Source: a virus (taxonomy: Duplodnaviria; Caudoviricetes). From it: a stretch of 59,310 nucleotides of DNA. The translations under genes were made by a program, and so were the position numbers. The stretch covers positions 1 to 59,310 of the IMG/VR virus record IMGVR_UViG_3300010366_000014; one strand, 5' to 3'. How positions within the stretch are numbered: the first letter of the stretch is position 1; each line of letters opens with the position of its first letter. The notes beneath the pieces are model-generated. The model did no database searches. It saw only the letters and a list, made by a program, of their open reading frames with translations, and was not told the DNA's origin. Shown piece after piece: positions 38,376 to 46,837 of the stretch.

Positions 38376-38556
38376 CCTGTCCTCCGTCCTCAAACCCCAG
38401 GTCGCGAATCCGTTGCAGCAAATAGCCGACGTGCCCCTCCTCGTGGCGTACCCGCCGCTCCGCGTCCTGGCGGATCGCGATGATGCGGCGTCGCGTGTTA
38501 TCGATCGCGTGGAGCAGGTAGTCGCGTTCCTGCTCCTTCGTGTAGGTCCACTTCAT
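38350..38556 (-). CDS. Hypothetical protein
   Basis: ATGA overlap. Confidence 0.6.
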   Translation of the reverse strand: MKWTYTKEQERDYLLHAIDNTRRRIIAIRQDAERRVRHEEGHVGYLLQRIRDLGFEDGGQDGGRSSAD

Positions 38557-38801
38557 CGGCGCTTGCGGGTGCGGACCGCGATCACGAACTCGGTGCCGTC
38601 CACGTTCAGCGTCCAGCGTCGGCCGTCGATCACGCGGCCGACCCGGGAGGTGAGCACGATGCGGGTGTAGGCCGCGTTGGTGCGCCAGTCCTCCGGGCTG
38701 AGCTGGGTGCCGCGCAGCTCGCGCAGGAGCCGGAACGCGGCCAGGAGGATGTAGGACACATCTTCGGGCGAGACGCGCCCCTCCGCAGCGCTCAGAGCCA
38801 T
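38553..38801 (-). CDS. Hypothetical protein
   Basis: AAGGAG RBS then MALSAAEGRV... Confidence 0.6.
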   Translation of the reverse strand: MALSAAEGRVSPEDVSYILLAAFRLLRELRGTQLSPEDWRTNAAYTRIVLTSRVGRVIDGRRWTLNVDGTEFVIAVRTRKRR

Positions 38802-39058
38802 CCCTGCCACTCCTTCGTGCGCATGCGCTGCCGCATCTCCGGGGTGATCCAGTTGCCGCTGCGGATCGCGTCTGCGGTCTCGCGCAGCGTCATCCCCTGC
38901 CAGTCCTCGCCCTCGGCCGCGCGCTTCTCGAGATCCATCCGTGCCGTCTGGGCACTCACCGTGCCGTCGATGAACGCGGCGATCGCCATGTCGAGATCGC
39001 AGAAGATCTCCAGGCGCTCCGTGCCGCCGATCGTGCGCTGTGTGACGCGGTACTCCAT
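38792..39058 (-). CDS. Hypothetical protein
   Basis: MEYRVTQRT...; RBS lies inside the adjacent hairpin. Confidence 0.65.
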   Translation of the reverse strand: MEYRVTQRTIGGTERLEIFCDLDMAIAAFIDGTVSAQTARMDLEKRAAEGEDWQGMTLRETADAIRSGNWITPEMRQRMRTKEWQGWL

Positions 39059-39118
39059 CGTGAACCCCTATCACATTGCAACAAACCCTCTACCACCCAA
39101 TGTGATAGGGGTTTACGA
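39058..39118. repeat. Long intergenic hairpin (21-bp arms)
   Basis: TCGTGAACCCCTATCACATTG / CAATGTGATAGGGGTTTACGA, one mismatch. Confidence 0.85.
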
Positions 39119-39463
39119 CTACCCTCTTCCTTTCACTTCGATCGTCCGGCCGCTGCTGCGGATCGCCGCGCTCGCCTCGAGGAACGCCTCCAGCGACGCG
39201 AGCGTGCGCTTCGCCTGGGCGATCGTGATCTGCGCCCGGGTCGTCACCGCGCCGAGCGTGAACGCGCAGCCGGCCAGGAGCGCCGCCAGGAGCCACGCGC
39301 CGTGTGGGTAGCGCACGCAGAGCCACGTCACGGCCGCTACCAGGGCGATAAAGGCGACGTGCTGCGCGATCAGCCAGCGCTGCGCCCGCGCGATCGCGAC
39401 GCGGGTCTGGGCGATCTGCGCCCGGGCGTCGGCCTCGTTGCGGGGCGCGAACATCGTGATCAC
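39119..39463 (-). CDS. Two-TM membrane protein
   Basis: Two hydrophobic helices. Confidence 0.65.
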   Translation of the reverse strand: MITMFAPRNEADARAQIAQTRVAIARAQRWLIAQHVAFIALVAAVTWLCVRYPHGAWLLAALLAGCAFTLGAVTTRAQITIAQAKRTLASLEAFLEASAAIRSSGRTIEVKGRG

Positions 39464-40491
39464 GAGGCTGTCCTCGGCGCTTTGACGCGGTAATCGTGCA
39501 TGCTGACCCCCTCCTTGGCGTTGCCGCGCACGTGGGGCGGCCGGAAGAACACGCCGGCGTATTTCCCAAACAAGCGCTTCCCGTCTTCATCGTGGTAGGT
39601 CACCAGGGTGCCCCGGACCAGATGCACCGGCATTTTCCGATCGTCGCCCGGACCGGGCAGCGTGGGCTTGCTCGTCCGGCTCGGGTCCACCACCACGGTG
39701 TGGTAGCGGACCAGGGGCTGCTCGTGTTTGCGCTCCCAGCTCCGCGCGAACTTCACCGGCGCGTGCGCGGCCGCCGGCGCGAGTGTGCCGTTGCGGAGAT
39801 TGAGGAACACCAGCGTGAGCAGGCAGGGGTGGATCCACAGCGGCGCTTCGTGGCCGAGGAGATCCACGTAGGGCTGGCCGGTGATGCTGGTCGCGTTGGA
39901 GAGCGCCGTGCAGAGGAACTTGGTGACCTTCCCGGCCGCGTCCACCGCGAGCCAGAAATGGCCGGCGACCAGGGCGAAGATCTCGGGCACGCCCATCAGC
40001 TTCGTCATCTCGTTGTCGCGGGCGTAGCCGATCGGTTGCAGCCGATAGAGCCAGCGCGCCCCCGCGACGAGATCGCGATAGGCGGCGAGCTGCTCGCGGC
40101 CCCAGAGCGCCACACCCTCCTCGGGGCTGACCGCGTCCACGAGCACGCCGGAGAACGGGAAGGTCGTGGTGGCCGGATCCGAGACCCCGTGGACCTCGGA
40201 GCGGACCGTGCTCGGCCGGCACCACTCGATCCAGAACTGCGGGAACGGCGGCACGAGTCCCGGGAAATCGTGATTGACATCCCAGTTCTCTTTGTCCGTT
40301 CCGGCATAATAGAACTCCGCAATATTATCGCCCACGATAACGGGCACGCCGCGCCGGAGCGCCTCGCCGATGCGGGTGCTGATCGCCCGGAGGACGGGCG
40401 TGGTGGATTGATCCATGGTGATCGGGTCGAAGCCGGGGACGAAGTCGAGGGCGCGGATGCGGTCGGCCAGACGGATAAGCGGGGCGGCCAT
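39460..40491 (-). CDS. Conserved phage protein, paralog B (C-terminal H-x-x-RG...H-x-RG...HDY motif)
   Basis: MAAPLIRLADRIRA...MPVHLVRGTLVTY...LFGKYAGVFFRPPHVRG...HDYRV. Confidence 0.8.
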   Translation of the reverse strand: MAAPLIRLADRIRALDFVPGFDPITMDQSTTPVLRAISTRIGEALRRGVPVIVGDNIAEFYYAGTDKENWDVNHDFPGLVPPFPQFWIEWCRPSTVRSEVHGVSDPATTTFPFSGVLVDAVSPEEGVALWGREQLAAYRDLVAGARWLYRLQPIGYARDNEMTKLMGVPEIFALVAGHFWLAVDAAGKVTKFLCTALSNATSITGQPYVDLLGHEAPLWIHPCLLTLVFLNLRNGTLAPAAAHAPVKFARSWERKHEQPLVRYHTVVVDPSRTSKPTLPGPGDDRKMPVHLVRGTLVTYHDEDGKRLFGKYAGVFFRPPHVRGNAKEGVSMHDYRVKAPRTAS

Positions 40492-41531
40492 CAGGTTTCC
40501 TTCTCTTTCGGTGGGCGGACATTGTAGTCGTGCAGGCTGACACCGGCGGACCGCTTGCCGCGCAAATGCTGGTGGATAAAGAACTTGCCGGCGTAGCGGC
40601 CGAACAGCAGGCCGCGCCCGTCGGTGCCGTACTCGGCCATGTGGCCGCGCACCATGTGGACGGGCATGACGCGGCCGGAGCCGGGACCGGGCAGGGGCGC
40701 GAGCGCCGTGCCGCCGCCCTGGACTTGGACGGTGCGATAGCGGACTAGGGGCTGGTCGTGCTTGCGCTCGTGGGCGCGCGCGAACTTCTCCGGCACCGGG
40801 AGGCCGGGGTCGGAGAGGCGGACGTTCTTGAGATTGAGGAAGGTGAGCGTCATCTGGATCGGGCCGGCGAACATGTCCGCCGATGCCGTGAGGAGCGACA
40901 TGTATTGGTCGCCCAGCGGCGAAGAGAGCTGTGCGCGCAGTTGCCGACCCTCCGCGTCCATGGCAACGAGGATGATCCCGTGCGGGATGAAGAGATCGCG
41001 CTCGATGAGCGCACAGGGGTAGATCGTCAGCACCCAGCGCGCGCCCTCGACAAACTCGTAGTAGGCGTCGGTGCCGGTTTCGATCGGCAGGAGGTCGCGC
41101 GGGTTCTCGAGGTCTTCCGCCATCACCAGCCCGCCCGTGAACGACGGCAGGTAGAAGTGCGCGCGATCGGCCGCGAGCACTTCCGGGGGCGGGCCGGCCA
41201 GCGCGCGCGCAGCGGCACCGAGCGCCCATTCGATCCAGAAGTCCGTGAACGGTGGCACGAGTGTCAGGGTTGTGGTGTCCAGCGAGCTACCGACCCCGTG
41301 GCGCTGCGCCTCGGTGAAATACCAGTCCGCGACGTTGTCCGCCACGATCACCGGCGTGCCCGTCTGAAGCATGCCCTGGATCAGCTCGAACTGATTGCGC
41401 AGCACCTCCGCGTTGCCGCCGAAGTCTTTCGTGCCGACCAGCGTCGGATCGAATGAGATCGGATCAAAGATCCTGGCCCGGGTCTCGTGCGCCCGGACGC
41501 GGTCCGCGAGTCGGATCATCGGTGCGCTCAT
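40491..41531 (-). CDS. Conserved phage protein, paralog A
   Basis: MSAPMIRLADRVRA...MPVHMVRGHMAEY...LFGRYAGKFFIHQHLRG...HDYNV. Confidence 0.8.
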   Translation of the reverse strand: MSAPMIRLADRVRAHETRARIFDPISFDPTLVGTKDFGGNAEVLRNQFELIQGMLQTGTPVIVADNVADWYFTEAQRHGVGSSLDTTTLTLVPPFTDFWIEWALGAAARALAGPPPEVLAADRAHFYLPSFTGGLVMAEDLENPRDLLPIETGTDAYYEFVEGARWVLTIYPCALIERDLFIPHGIILVAMDAEGRQLRAQLSSPLGDQYMSLLTASADMFAGPIQMTLTFLNLKNVRLSDPGLPVPEKFARAHERKHDQPLVRYRTVQVQGGGTALAPLPGPGSGRVMPVHMVRGHMAEYGTDGRGLLFGRYAGKFFIHQHLRGKRSAGVSLHDYNVRPPKEKET

Positions 41532-41761
41532 TCGTCCTCCTCCCCCCATTGGTCGTGCAGGAGCATCCAGTCGCAGATCAGGTGGATGACCTGAATGCGG
41601 CGCGCCGAGATCGCCCCGGCCGCGTCCCAGTGCTCGGCGCGCGCGGCGATGCCGAAGCCGCGCTCGAGCCGTTGCAGCTCGCGCAGATGGTTGAGCAGGA
41701 TCCGGAAAGATGCGGCGTCCAGTTCGATCGGTGGCAAGCATCTCCCTCCTCCGGTCCTCAT
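41528..41761 (-). CDS. Hypothetical protein
   Basis: ORF track; start uncertain. Confidence 0.5.
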   Translation of the reverse strand: MRTGGGRCLPPIELDAASFRILLNHLRELQRLERGFGIAARAEHWDAAGAISARRIQVIHLICDWMLLHDQWGEEDE

Positions 41762-42006
41762 ACGCCCACCGGGCGCGGCCGGAGAAGGGGTAGCGGGGGT
41801 GTGCTAGGATGTGGCATGAGCGTGACCTCCGTAACAGGTTGCTCTCTCAGCCGTGCGCACCACACGCACGGCTTCAGTTTGTGCCCCAGATACTACGCAT
41901 TGTCGCAGGAACCATGCCCCCGCGCCACGCGCTGTACCCGGGTATTGGGCGAGTATACTCTCAGGTAAGGCCGCCCGCAAACCCTTAACGACAAGGATGT
42001 GGTTCG

Positions 42007-42228
42007 ATGGTCGAAGGATCGTTCTATACGGCCGCCCAGATGGCGGCGGCGCGGGGCGTGACGATCGGGGCGATCTATCAGGCCGTGCGCTCCGGCACGT
42101 TGCCGCGCCGCTATGCGCCGATCGCGCCCCCGCCGAGGGGGAATAAGTACATGCTCGTGTTCACCAGGGAGGAATACGAGGCCTACCGTGACGGGCTACC
42201 CGTCCCCGTCTCAGAGGCGCATCAGTGA
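42007..42228 (+). CDS. Excisionase-like HTH protein
   Basis: FYTAAQMAAARGVTIGAIYQAVRSGTLP. Confidence 0.7.
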   Translation: MVEGSFYTAAQMAAARGVTIGAIYQAVRSGTLPRRYAPIAPPPRGNKYMLVFTREEYEAYRDGLPVPVSEAHQ

Positions 42229-42606
42229 GCGCAGCCAGTTCCGGCGCGGCGTGTAGTCGCCGTCCGGGGTCGGGCGCAGGAGGGCCAGCTCTTTCTCGGC
42301 CGCGCCCAGCTCACGCGAGAGTCGCGCGACTTCCCCGAGCGTTGCCGCAGCCCAGGTGCGCATGAGGAAGCCGCTACCGGGGCTTGCCGGCTCGGGCACC
42401 GGCGGCGGCTGGGGAAGTTCCTTAGAAAGTTCCACAACTTCCTCGGCCGGTTCATCGACCGGGATCGCTTCCACGCCGGGGAGATCCACCAGCCACTCGC
42501 GGCCGACCATCACCGCAGCTATCCGCTTTTCCTCGATCCGCATCCGCACGCCCCGGGGCGTGATGCCCAGGATCGCTGCCGCCTCTTTCACCGTGAACTG
42601 CCCCAT
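42211..42606 (-). CDS. HTH_17/MerR-like DNA-binding protein with coiled coil
   Basis: FTVKEAAAILGITPRGVRMRIEEKRIAAVMVGREWLV; GGAGG RBS. Confidence 0.8.
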   Translation of the reverse strand: MGQFTVKEAAAILGITPRGVRMRIEEKRIAAVMVGREWLVDLPGVEAIPVDEPAEEVVELSKELPQPPPVPEPASPGSGFLMRTWAAATLGEVARLSRELGAAEKELALLRPTPDGDYTPRRNWLRSLMRL

Positions 42607-42629
42607 CGGAACCTCCCTCCTTGACCGCA

Positions 42630-42658
42630 ATCGTACAATGTGTACGGACGTTGTGCAA
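42630..42658 (-). promoter_or_regulatory. Sigma70-type promoter with overlapping palindrome
   Basis: Minus strand TTGCAC-17 nt-TACGAT; CGTACA-ATG-TGTACG at 42632-42646. Confidence 0.65.
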
Positions 42659-42736
42659 GCGTCGGGCATAAAAGATCGCCCCCACCCGTGGCAAGCGGGT
42701 AAACGGGGGCGCAAGCGACCTGAATAGGAGGTCTGC

Positions 42737-43108
42737 ATGGCTACTGTAACAGGTGAACGTACAGAAGGCAATCCCCCTGGCGGTATGAAGGTGCGGGTGC
42801 GCGACAAGCGCCAGCAGCCCTTCTTCATCGTCTACAACGATCTGGTGGACTGCCACCTCGCCCGCATGGGCATGAGCGCATACGTCGTTTACACCGCGCT
42901 CTGCCGCTTCGGCTGGAACGACAGTGTCCTGATCTCCTACACCCAGCTCGCTCGCCGGCTCGGGATCGCGCGCTCCACGCTCTGGCTCGCACTCAGCTAT
43001 CTCGAACGCGAGCGCTACATCACCGTCGAGCGCGAGATGGACGGGCCGGTGCATACCGCGAACACCTACTTCATCGAGGAGCTGCCGGAGTTATCCACAG
43101 GGGGGTAG
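42737..43108 (+). CDS. Winged-HTH replication initiator (Rep-like)
   Basis: FFIVYND...AYVVYTALCRF...SYTQLARRLGIARSTL...L..LE...YI...NTY; AGGAGG RBS; followed by iterons. Confidence 0.75.
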   Translation: MATVTGERTEGNPPGGMKVRVRDKRQQPFFIVYNDLVDCHLARMGMSAYVVYTALCRFGWNDSVLISYTQLARRLGIARSTLWLALSYLERERYITVEREMDGPVHTANTYFIEELPELSTGG

Positions 43109-43279
43109 TTCGAAATTCGAACTAGGGGTAGTTCGAAATTCGAACTAGGGGTAGTTCGAAATTCGAACTGTATTAAAGACATAGAGAGAAGACATGGGAA
43201 GAAGACGGGACGACTACGAGCGCGCGCGTGCGCGCGTAGGGGAGATCTTTTCCACAAACTTATCCACGAGTTATCCACA
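43091..43279. promoter_or_regulatory. Replication origin 1: three 23-bp palindromic iterons and four DnaA boxes
   Basis: GGGGTAGTTCGAAATTCGAACT(A/G) x3 at 43102-43170. DnaA boxes: TTATCCACA at 43091 and 43271, TTTTCCACA at 43248, TTATCCACG at 43260. A-rich stretch between. Confidence 0.85.
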
Positions 43280-43481
43280 TGGGTCTCCGGTCACCGATGC
43301 GCGCACATGAAAGCCGGAGTGTTTTCACTCTCCGGCAGTTCTGTTGCCAGTGGCACGCTTCGATCCTAGAATAGCTCCCACGTCCGAAACGAATGGGGGT
43401 GGCGCATGGCAGGCGCGTCTGACCGGCACCCACGGAACCTTGAGGAAACCGATGACGACATCCGGCTCCAGCTCTGGGCGT

Positions 43482-44006
43482 TCACGCGGAACCGTTTACG
43501 CGCTCGCGCGGCCGTGACTGCTCTTGATCGAGACGGGACACCGTTGCCGCTGTGGGTGACGCCACGGATCGAGGCGTGGACGCGGGACGATCTCGCCGGC
43601 GCGGACGCGCCGCAATGGCTGCCTGCTGGAGCTTGAGATTGTCCGTGTGAATCTTCTTGAGCATCGGCCCGCCGAGCGTCTGGAGCCAGCTCCGGAACTC
43701 CACGAGGTCGTCGGCCGTGATCGTCGCGGCGAAGTCGTCCTCGAGCGAGAACAGCTCGCGGATCCTCAGGTCGCGCCAGTCCGCCGGCGGCGGCTCGAGA
43801 TCGAAGAACGGGTAGAACCGCCGCAGCTCCGCCTCCGGCACGCCGAAGAGGCGCGCCAGCGCGGGGATGTGGTTCGGGTGCGGGATCGTCTCCCCCTTGA
43901 GCCACTTCTTCACCGACGGCGCGGTGATCCCCAAGGCGGCCGCAAGGCGCGCCATAGTCCATTCCCGCTCGGCCAACTTCTCAGTCAGCCAACTGCTGAA
44001 ATCCAT
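43482..44006 (-). CDS. XRE-family immunity repressor (CI-like)
   Basis: FSSWLTEKLAEREWTMARLAAALGITAPSVKKWLKGETIP...LARLFGV; divergent from a Cro-like gene. Confidence 0.85.
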   Translation of the reverse strand: MDFSSWLTEKLAEREWTMARLAAALGITAPSVKKWLKGETIPHPNHIPALARLFGVPEAELRRFYPFFDLEPPPADWRDLRIRELFSLEDDFAATITADDLVEFRSWLQTLGGPMLKKIHTDNLKLQQAAIAARPRRRDRPASTPRSVASPTAATVSRLDQEQSRPRERVNGSA

Positions 44007-44188
44007 GACACCCTCCCATGTCCGGCGCGGCACCCCCCGGTACACCGCTACGACCAAAACCCCTCCAACACTCCACTGACCGTTGTATTGCCCGTTTCCG
44101 TTGCCCTCGTTCAAATCGCGACGGTGACACAGGTTACGGTGGGAAAGGCCACTGCCCGAGCAGTTGCGCCGATCCAACTATGATCGAG

Positions 44189-44336
44189 TTACCTGAGTAT
44201 CTTAGCACAAGTCGCAAGTGACGCCCCGAGCGATCCCCCGCCCCGCGCGCCCTCCCGCAAGATCCGGGCCGACCCCGCGTGTCCGTACATCTAGACGGGT
44301 GTTACATGAGGGTATAGGCTGACCATACCAGAGTAT
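44189..44336. promoter_or_regulatory. Divergent switch region with ATAC-N4-GTAT-type operators and rightward promoter
   Basis: TTACCTGAGTAT at 44189-44200, ATACCAGAGTAT at 44325-44336; TAGACG-17 nt-TAGGCT at 44292-44320. Confidence 0.6.
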
Positions 44337-44357
44337 GCATCCGGGGGAGGTCGCCCG

Positions 44358-44609
44358 ATGGAACGGGAGTCTCGCTATTTCGTCTCCGCCGCGTTCTGGC
44401 ACTGGTGCCACGAGAACGACGTGTCGCTGCGCGAGCTGGGCCGGCTGTCCGGCTACAGCGGCACGTTCCTCGGCAGTGTGCGCAGCCACGGCCACTACAC
44501 CGTCTCGCAGCGCTTCGTGGACGCGGTGCTGCGCGAGCTATTGCTGCCCGAGGGCATGCTCTTCTTCCGCCCCGCCGGCTACCGGTGGCGGCTCCGACTC
44601 GCCGCGTAA
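44358..44609 (+). CDS. Cro-like HTH protein
   Basis: VSLRELGRLSGYSGTFL...LPEGMLF; GGAGG RBS. Confidence 0.75.
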   Translation: MERESRYFVSAAFWHWCHENDVSLRELGRLSGYSGTFLGSVRSHGHYTVSQRFVDAVLRELLLPEGMLFFRPAGYRWRLRLAA

Positions 44610-44611
44610 AT

Positions 44612-44640
44612 CGACCGGGTGTGCTCGCACCCGGTCGTTT
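44612..44640 (+). terminator. Intrinsic terminator-like hairpin after cro
   Basis: CGACCGGGTG-tgctcg-CACCCGGTCG-TTT; short U tract. Confidence 0.55.
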
Positions 44641-44773
44641 CGCCTGCCATTCGCTGCAAGAAAGGAGGACAGTCTCATGATAGGCGACCCTATCCCACCT
44701 GTCAAGTAACTCGCCTGATACTAGGGATCCTTTGATCCCCTGGCTACCGCCATGTCTCCGGAAGGAGGTCTCG

Positions 44774-45067
44774 ATGGCATCGGAAGTGACACCCCGCTGG
44801 TGGGGGACATTCGAGCTGGAACGGCGCACGGAGCAGGAGGCGCGGGACGCCAAGCGCGCCGTGCAGGAGCGCGACTACCGGCAGGCGCTGCTGGCCGACG
44901 TAATCCGCGACGGCGAGAGTTTCGTGCAGCAGCTTCGCGCGCATTTCACCCACGCGAGCCAACTCTCCAGCGAGGACATCGCGGCGCTGCGGGCGGGCGC
45001 GGTGACGCTGGGCACCCAGCTCGCGGCCGTAGAGAGCGCGCTCGCGTTCGCGGAGAAACTGCAATGA
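44774..45067 (+). CDS. Hypothetical protein
   Basis: AAGGAGG RBS. Confidence 0.7.
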   Translation: MASEVTPRWWGTFELERRTEQEARDAKRAVQERDYRQALLADVIRDGESFVQQLRAHFTHASQLSSEDIAALRAGAVTLGTQLAAVESALAFAEKLQ

Positions 45068-45759
45068 CGGAGCAGCCGCAGCCGGCACCGGAGTTCGACG
45101 CCTCACGCTACCTGCGCACGATCAAGGTGCGCGGCGGCGGCGAGGCCCAGTACCTGCCGGCGGCGGCCCGGATCCTCTGGGCGCGGCACGATCACCCGAC
45201 GGCGCAGATCGTCACGGAGATCGTGCTCGCCTCCGAGAACATGGCCCGGTTCAAATGCACGATCACCCTGCCGACCGGCGCGGTCGCCACCGGCCACGGC
45301 CAGGAGACGGCGAGCAGTTTCGCGGACTTTTTCGAGAAGGCCGAGACCGTCGCCGTCTCCCGCGCCCTGGCGATCCTCGGCTACGGCACCGAGGGCGCGT
45401 ACGACCTCGAGGACCGGCAGCCCGAGCAGACCGGCCGCGCCAGCACCGGCGATCGGGTGCGGAAGACCGACCCGATGCACGGATCGGCGGCGAGCTGGTT
45501 CCGCCGCGAGCTGCCCCGTCGCGGCATGACGCTGCCGCAGCGCTTCGAGCTGTGGGGCGATGTCGTCGGCGTCCTCGACTCCGCCGGCCACGCGGTCGGC
45601 GAGGCGAGCGACGAGCGCGGCATCGACTTCGCGGCCGTCAAGGCGATCGTGGAGGCGCTCCCGCTCAGCAAATTCCCGGGCGCGGAGGTCGTCCCGGCCG
45701 CCGAGCAGAAGCCGATCCAGCGGCAACGCGCGCAGCGCTCCGGCGGAGGGGACGAGTGA
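45064..45759 (+). CDS. Rad52/Sak-like single-strand annealing protein
   Basis: YLPAAARILW...VATGHG.E...FEKAETVAVSRALAILGYG. Confidence 0.8.
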   Translation: MTEQPQPAPEFDASRYLRTIKVRGGGEAQYLPAAARILWARHDHPTAQIVTEIVLASENMARFKCTITLPTGAVATGHGQETASSFADFFEKAETVAVSRALAILGYGTEGAYDLEDRQPEQTGRASTGDRVRKTDPMHGSAASWFRRELPRRGMTLPQRFELWGDVVGVLDSAGHAVGEASDERGIDFAAVKAIVEALPLSKFPGAEVVPAAEQKPIQRQRAQRSGGGDE

Positions 45760-45764
45760 GTGCC

Positions 45765-46568
45765 ATGAGCGAGGAAGCTACGCGCTGGGCGTGGGGCATC
45801 CGTGGCCTCGACCTCGGTCCCCGCGTCATCCTCCAGGCACTGGCCTGGATCGCCGACGCCACCGGTGCCGGGGAGATCAAGCTTGAGACCCTCGGCTTCA
45901 TGGCCGATTGCAGCCGGTCCACCGTGCAGCGCCACATGCGCGTGCTTGAGGACGGCCAGCTCGTCACCCGCGAGCAGCAACACGGTCGTGGCCGCACGAG
46001 CCGGTTCCAGCTCACCATGCCGGAAAAGGTGTCAGCGCTGACACCTTATCGCCCCGAAAACGTGTCAGAAAACGTGTCAAAAAACGTCGCACCTTTGACA
46101 CGTTATCCCGAAAACGTGTCAACAAACGTGTCAGCGCTGACACCTTTTCCTGCGTCTACGCACGCGGGCGCGCCTGTGCGCGGAGAAGTTATTACCCAGG
46201 AAGAAGTCTTCAGAGAAGAGAGATACGGGGCGCGCTCTCTGAACGGCCGGGAAAGTCCCCAAGGCGCGCGCGCACGCGAGGTGGCGGCATACGAACCTGC
46301 GGGCGATTTGATCCAGCACCTCCTGGCCCGGGGCATGACGATCGATGAGGTGATCGCGGCGCTCGTCCAATGGCGGGAGGTCCGCACCCGCAACGAGGGC
46401 GTGGTCAGTGACGCCAACTTCCGCGTCTACTGCCTCCAGACCTACCTGCCCCGGATCCTCGGCCGCGATCCCCTGCCCGACATGCGCCACCCCGCGCCCT
46501 CGAAACGGATGGCGGAGAACCTCGCCACCGGCATGAACTGGCAACCGCCGGAACGGAGGCGGCAATGA
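45765..46568 (+). CDS. Phage replication initiator (HTH_36, lambda O-like architecture)
   Basis: EATRWAW...RVILQALAWIAD...CSRSTVQRHMRVLEDGQLV; internal iterons. Confidence 0.85.
   Translation: MSEEATRWAWGIRGLDLGPRVILQALAWIADATGAGEIKLETLGFMADCSRSTVQRHMRVLEDGQLVTREQQHGRGRTSRFQLTMPEKVSALTPYRPENVSENVSKNVAPLTRYPENVSTNVSALTPFPASTHAGAPVRGEVITQEEVFREERYGARSLNGRESPQGARAREVAAYEPAGDLIQHLLARGMTIDEVIAALVQWREVRTRNEGVVSDANFRVYCLQTYLPRILGRDPLPDMRHPAPSKRMAENLATGMNWQPPERRRQ
46023..46148. repeat. Replication origin 2: iterons inside the initiator gene
   Basis: Repeated AAA(C/G)GTGTCA units and two GTGTCAGCGCTGACAC palindromes. Confidence 0.8.
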
Positions 46569-46786
46569 TGAAACCGTTGCCCGAGACCCATCTGGTCGTC
46601 GTCACCCATCTCTACGATCGGCTCGGCGGCTATCTCAACGACGTGGCGACCGAGTCGTCCATCGTCGTGGTGGAGCGCTACAAGACACCGGTCGCGGCGC
46701 TGATCTCGATCGGCCAGCTCAACGAGTACGCCCGGTTGCGTCAGGCGGAGCAGCAGCGCCAGGAGGCGGAGGAGGCGCGCGAATGA
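46565..46786 (+). CDS. Phd/YefM antitoxin-like protein
   Basis: LGGYLNDV...IVVVERYKTPVAALIS. Confidence 0.7.
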   Translation: MMKPLPETHLVVVTHLYDRLGGYLNDVATESSIVVVERYKTPVAALISIGQLNEYARLRQAEQQRQEAEEARE

Positions 46787-46837
46787 CTCCTTTGCATGTG
46801 ACCGTTTATTGCCGGTACACGGCAAAGGAGTCATTCG

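Noticed and set aside
42007-42606. Excisionase-like genes as evidence of integration
   Set aside because: The HTH fold alone is not diagnostic, and no integrase or att core was seen.
43102-43170. 23-bp palindromic repeats as a mini CRISPR array
   Set aside because: Repeats are contiguous with no spacers, and the context (Rep gene, DnaA boxes) fits iterons.
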